Shown here piece by piece: positions 60,188-64,000 of a DNA stretch of 64,000 nucleotides (within the stretch, counting starts at the first letter, position 1; each line of letters starts with the position of its first letter). The stretch is from an uncultured archaeon (GTDB taxonomy: Archaea; Thermoproteota; Bathyarchaeia; Bathyarchaeales; Bathycorpusculaceae), in NCBI GenBank assembly GCA_963810275.1, contig CAWENF010000010.1, positions 1 through 64,000 on the forward strand. The letters run 5' to 3'. Made by a program: the position numbers and the translations under genes. The notes beneath the pieces were generated by a model. That model did not search any database, had not been told where the DNA came from, and saw nothing but the letters and a program-made list of their open reading frames with translations.

Positions 60188-61201
60188 TTAGTTGCGGTCC
60201 AGCGTTTTTTTGTTTTCCGGTCTGAGAGTTTGGATTGCTTTCTGCGCCCATTCAGGGTCATGCCAGATAGCACGACCAACGGCAACTAAATCCGCTTTCC
60301 CATCACGAACTAAACCATCAGCATAGACAGCGTCGGTTATGCCTCCGACTCCCACCACAGGCACTCTAACCGCCGCCTTAACCGCTTCCGCCTGAGAAAC
60401 AAAATAACCAACTACCTTGCCATCCAACTGCTTAGGGTTACTGCCACACATACCCCCCGAGACATCCAAAAGATCGATGCCGGCTGCTTGGAGTCGCTTA
60501 GCAAACTCAACACCAGCGTCTATTTGGTTGCCTCTGGGCGATAAATCATACGAACCCAAACGGTATAGAAGCAATAAATCGCTACTGAGGCGCTTGCGCA
60601 CTTTTTCCACCACCATCAACGGGAAACGCATGCGGTTCTCCAAGGAGCCTCCGAATTCGTCCTCTCGCTTGTTAAGCAGCGGGGTGAAGAACTGGTTTAG
60701 CAGGTAGCCGTGGGCTCCATGGAGTTCCACGCCATCAAACCCAGCGCTGACTGCCCGCTCAGCAGCCAACGCGTAATCCTCTGCTAACTCGTAGAGCTCG
60801 GTTTTTTCTAGCATACGGTTCTTATCGCGCTCCGAGGGACCCACCGGCTTTTCTCCTATGACTTTTTGGATCGCTATCGCCCCTGCATGGCTGATTTGCA
60901 CAACCGCTGGCGCCTCAACAGAGTGCAACCTTTCTGCAAGCTTTTCAAAGCCAGGAATGAGTTTATCGCTATAGATTCCAAGCTGTTTAGGTCCGATTTT
61001 GCCTAAGGGAGAAATGTACGCGTGCTCCACAATGGGTAGCCCTACGGATTGACAGCGGCGACCGTAAAAATTGATGAGTCTTTCGGTAACTTCGCCTTGG
61101 AAACTGGCTCGCCCAGTCTGCATCGGCGGGTAAACTATGCGGTTGCGCAGCGTCAAGCCCTTGATACAGAGTGGTGTGAGTAGGTCAGTCAAAGTTGGCA
61201 C
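60188..61201 (-). CDS. NADH:flavin oxidoreductase (old yellow enzyme family)
   Basis: LRNRIVYPPM, GFDGVELHGAHGYLLNQF, FGGSLENRMRF. Confidence 0.92.
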   Translation of the reverse strand: MPTLTDLLTPLCIKGLTLRNRIVYPPMQTGRASFQGEVTERLINFYGRRCQSVGLPIVEHAYISPLGKIGPKQLGIYSDKLIPGFEKLAERLHSVEAPAVVQISHAGAIAIQKVIGEKPVGPSERDKNRMLEKTELYELAEDYALAAERAVSAGFDGVELHGAHGYLLNQFFTPLLNKREDEFGGSLENRMRFPLMVVEKVRKRLSSDLLLLYRLGSYDLSPRGNQIDAGVEFAKRLQAAGIDLLDVSGGMCGSNPKQLDGKVVGYFVSQAEAVKAAVRVPVVGVGGITDAVYADGLVRDGKADLVAVGRAIWHDPEWAQKAIQTLRPENKKTLDRN

Positions 61202-61265
61202 CGATGCAGATATCGCGTTAAGCGGGTATAAAGAAGTTATTTTTTCAAACGGTCAACAAGCAAAA

Positions 61266-61472
61266 TTAAAGGTTTTCATCTATGACATGACTTACTATGG
61301 TTTCTTCTTGTATTGCTTGAGCCATTAGGCACCGCACAGCGGCATTCAGGTTACCGCCGAAATAAGGCTTAACGATTTTCAGTGCAAATTCGCGAAGCAT
61401 TTCTGCTGAAAAGTTATGAAGATTCAAAGATAGAAGGAGATCATCTTGTGCTGCTTTATGGGTCTGCTTCAT
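61266..61472 (-). CDS. Small hypothetical protein (ribbon-helix-helix-like)
   Basis: 68 aa, ATG start, EFALKIVKPYFGGNLNAAVRCLM. Confidence 0.55.
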   Translation of the reverse strand: MKQTHKAAQDDLLLSLNLHNFSAEMLREFALKIVKPYFGGNLNAAVRCLMAQAIQEETIVSHVIDENL

Positions 61473-61624
61473 GCCAGTTCACGAATGCAGATACAACGGT
61501 TATTCTTTAAAGACCGAGGCTGAAGCGACCATGCAAAGGCGGGGAGGGGTCACTAAAAGTATTAAGGGCCACAGGCATCAACATTTTATCCCACTACCTC
61601 AATTAGTTTAGGTGGCGTTTATTT

Positions 61625-62348
61625 GTGCAAACTCAGTTTTACCTCGGGTGCTCAGGTTTTTACTATAAACACTGGATAGGCAAATTCTACCCCGAAGAAT
61701 TATCCAAAAAAGACTGGCTAAACTATTATACCCAGCAGTTCCGCACAGTGGAAATAAACAACACCTTCTACCGCTACCCCACCAAAAAACTCCTAAACAA
61801 CTGGCACCAAAAAACACCTGACGATTTCAAATTCACCCTAAAAGCCAATCGCACCATAACACACCTCCACAAGTTCAACCAAACCAAACAGCAAACCCAA
61901 AATTTTTACAAACTTGCCCATCTACTAAAAGAAAAACTACTATGCGTCCTGTTTCAGCTGCCGCCGACCGTGCAAAAAGACATGACGCTACTGGAAGTCG
62001 CCGCTGAACAGATGGAAACGAATTTGCTCAATGTTTTTGAGTTTCGCCACCCGAGTTGGTGGGATAGCGAAGTTTACGATTTTTTGGAGCGACACGATAT
62101 GGTTTTTTGCAGTGTTTCGGCATCGGAGTTACCGGACGATGTTGTTAAAACCGGAAACTCTGTTTATATGCGGTTTCATGGAAGAGAAGGTGGGTATATA
62201 CAGGACTATTCTTATAAAGAGTTGGAGAAGTGGGCGGCAGAAAATCAGGCGCCAAAACGCTGGGCAGGTGCTGTGCTACTTTAACAATGATTATAACGCC
62301 AATGCACCGCGTAACTGTTTGACGCTAAGAGAACTACTTGAAGCATGA
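61625..62348 (+). pseudogene. DUF72 protein with +1 frameshift near the C-terminus (or assembly indel)
   Basis: GCSGF, VEINNTFY, QLPP, EFRH, RFHG; the conserved YFNND...APRN tail continues in another frame after about 62236. Confidence 0.75.
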
Positions 62349-62367
62349 TAGTTCTAAGCGTCAAACT

Positions 62368-63801
62368 CTATGGCGTGAAAGCGTTAGGCCAGATCGGTCC
62401 CTTATTGAACTCTTGTTTTTTTCTATGGATTGCCGCCATGGTTGCAGCGACGTTTTTCTCTTCTACCACAAGAATGATTTGGCTTGTGTGTGGAGCGAAG
62501 ATGCCACGTTTAATATTTATGCCAGAAATTGCACCTATTGCCAGCGAAGCGACGCCGGGGCTGTTTTTCATGCGGTCACCAATCAAGGTTACAACGCCTA
62601 ATCCATATTCGACTTTGAGTTTTTCGTCAAAGCCCCTTAGTTTTTCTTCGTTTTTCTTGAGGAAATCACTGTCGAGAAATAGAAAGTCGCGAATGTGCTC
62701 GCCTGTCTCCATTGTTTCGGCTCCTAGGTCGATAAAGTCGTTTCTACGTTCCCAAATCCGCAGCGTGTCCTCAAGGGAGCGGCTTTTCTCATCTTTAATG
62801 CTAAGTATTGCGCAGCCTGATTTGCCTGTTAAGCATTTGACAACTTCATTTCCGCTTTCCGCAGCTTCAATTGTTGAGGTCAAAGCTGGATCGTCTATTG
62901 GCACCACAGTTAAGGGCTGGCTGTAGTGGCGTGCCACAGCAATTGCGGGGCTCATAACGATTTTCATACCCATAAGTGAGGCTTTGTGGGCTTCATTGTA
63001 GGTTAACCCTTTGACGTGACTGGTGGTTTGTCCCACTACAACTTTGGGGTCAGCACTCTGCACAGGCACGTCTTTGTAGAGCAAGGTCTTGGTTTGATAG
63101 TTGTTTTTAAGCAGAGATGAAATGAACACGGCAGTTAAGTCTGAGCCGCCTCGCCCTAACACGGTCTCGAGTCCATCGGGGGTTACGCCAAAAAAGCCTG
63201 CAACGCAAAGCACTTTACCTGCGTCAAGCGCGTTAGTAAGACTGTGGAGGCGTTTTTTACTTTGTTCAAAGTTGGGGGCAGCGTCTTCAAAGGTGTCATC
63301 AGTGACAATGGGCCAGTTTTCGAGAGGAAGGCGGTAAGAGTCTATGCCACTACTTTTAAAGATGTAATCCATAAGAGTAGCCATAGTAACTTCACCACCC
63401 AAAGTAAGCACACGGGCTTTGATGTTACCGCTAAATCGCTTGTTAACTGATTCAAGTGTGGCTTGGGTGAGGGTTTTGTTTTCTGCTATATCATCAAGCG
63501 CTTTCTTCAGCCACTCTCCCTTGACATATTGGCATACTAGACGCTCATAAACATCAAAAACATTCTGCAGAGGTAAGCCACAGCCCTGTGCATAGGATTC
63601 GCCAACTCTTATAAGAGCATCAGTGCAGCCCATAGGAGCAGAGAACACAGCTACGGGTCCAAGTTGGTCTTTTTCTTTTATGGCTTTGATTTGCCCAACA
63701 ATTTTTGGAATTCCTTTGCCTTCCACGTCTAGGAGACTGCCGCCAAACTTAGCCACAGATAAGGTTTTGAAAGCACATACCACCCTTTTTCCTGGCATCA
63801 T
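62368..63801 (-). CDS. lysC: Aspartate kinase
   Basis: VAKFGGS, VFSA, LGRGGSDLTA, ADPK, C-terminal ACT domain. Confidence 0.88.
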   Translation of the reverse strand: MMPGKRVVCAFKTLSVAKFGGSLLDVEGKGIPKIVGQIKAIKEKDQLGPVAVFSAPMGCTDALIRVGESYAQGCGLPLQNVFDVYERLVCQYVKGEWLKKALDDIAENKTLTQATLESVNKRFSGNIKARVLTLGGEVTMATLMDYIFKSSGIDSYRLPLENWPIVTDDTFEDAAPNFEQSKKRLHSLTNALDAGKVLCVAGFFGVTPDGLETVLGRGGSDLTAVFISSLLKNNYQTKTLLYKDVPVQSADPKVVVGQTTSHVKGLTYNEAHKASLMGMKIVMSPAIAVARHYSQPLTVVPIDDPALTSTIEAAESGNEVVKCLTGKSGCAILSIKDEKSRSLEDTLRIWERRNDFIDLGAETMETGEHIRDFLFLDSDFLKKNEEKLRGFDEKLKVEYGLGVVTLIGDRMKNSPGVASLAIGAISGINIKRGIFAPHTSQIILVVEEKNVAATMAAIHRKKQEFNKGPIWPNAFTP

Positions 63802-64000
63802 GGATTTGACTTGTGGTTTAATAATTTTTCTAGTTAAGAAATGCTGCCAAGGTCGATCTCGTCTTTAGCTGTGGATTTTTGGCTTTTCTTAATGAAAAAC
63901 GTAACTGAAACGACTACGGATGTAGTTGCAGCTGCGCTTACACCTGCTTTGAATAATTTGTTGATTAATTTCGTTAGGGTCGAGAGAGACTGTTTGATTT

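Noticed and set aside
430-63868. Numerous short antisense or nested ORFs in the six-frame track (e.g. 7374-7808, 28593-29138, 62345-62926)
   Set aside because: Shadow ORFs opposite well-supported genes, with no motifs or independent start signals.

Overview
Archaeal chromosomal window, most consistent with Bathyarchaeia. The evidence is the eIF-1A/RIO1/Dim2 cluster, TFS, archaeal-type tRNAs, frequent TTG/GTG starts, and large PQQ-like and beta-helix surface proteins; the taxon is an inference. It holds about 60 CDS and three tRNAs (Val-GAC, Ser-TGA, Ala-CGC). A metal-homeostasis cluster (ArsR, ZnuABC, a NikR paralog, a FecCD-type ABC, DUF134/DUF5320) ends at a duplicated tRNA-Val 3' half. Housekeeping genes include pyrH, msrA, aspA, sdhAB, nadA, glnA and aspartate kinase. 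Main unexplained signals: (1) a K-turn-rich, box C/D-like sRNA at about 41030-41160 whose guides look complementary to a tRNA-Leu(CAA) anticodon arm, and whose 3' domain recurs twice downstream from the same breakpoint; (2) a DUF2400-like domain fused to a T7-endonuclease-I-like nuclease, next to HEXXH and JAB proteases; (3) an orphan structured element at about 7160-7310; (4) two apparently intact genes that seem to need non-canonical starts (ACG, ATA); (5) several unannotated metal-binding microproteins. No CRISPR array, rRNA or intact transposase/integrase was seen. All family calls come from motif recognition by eye, not database searches.
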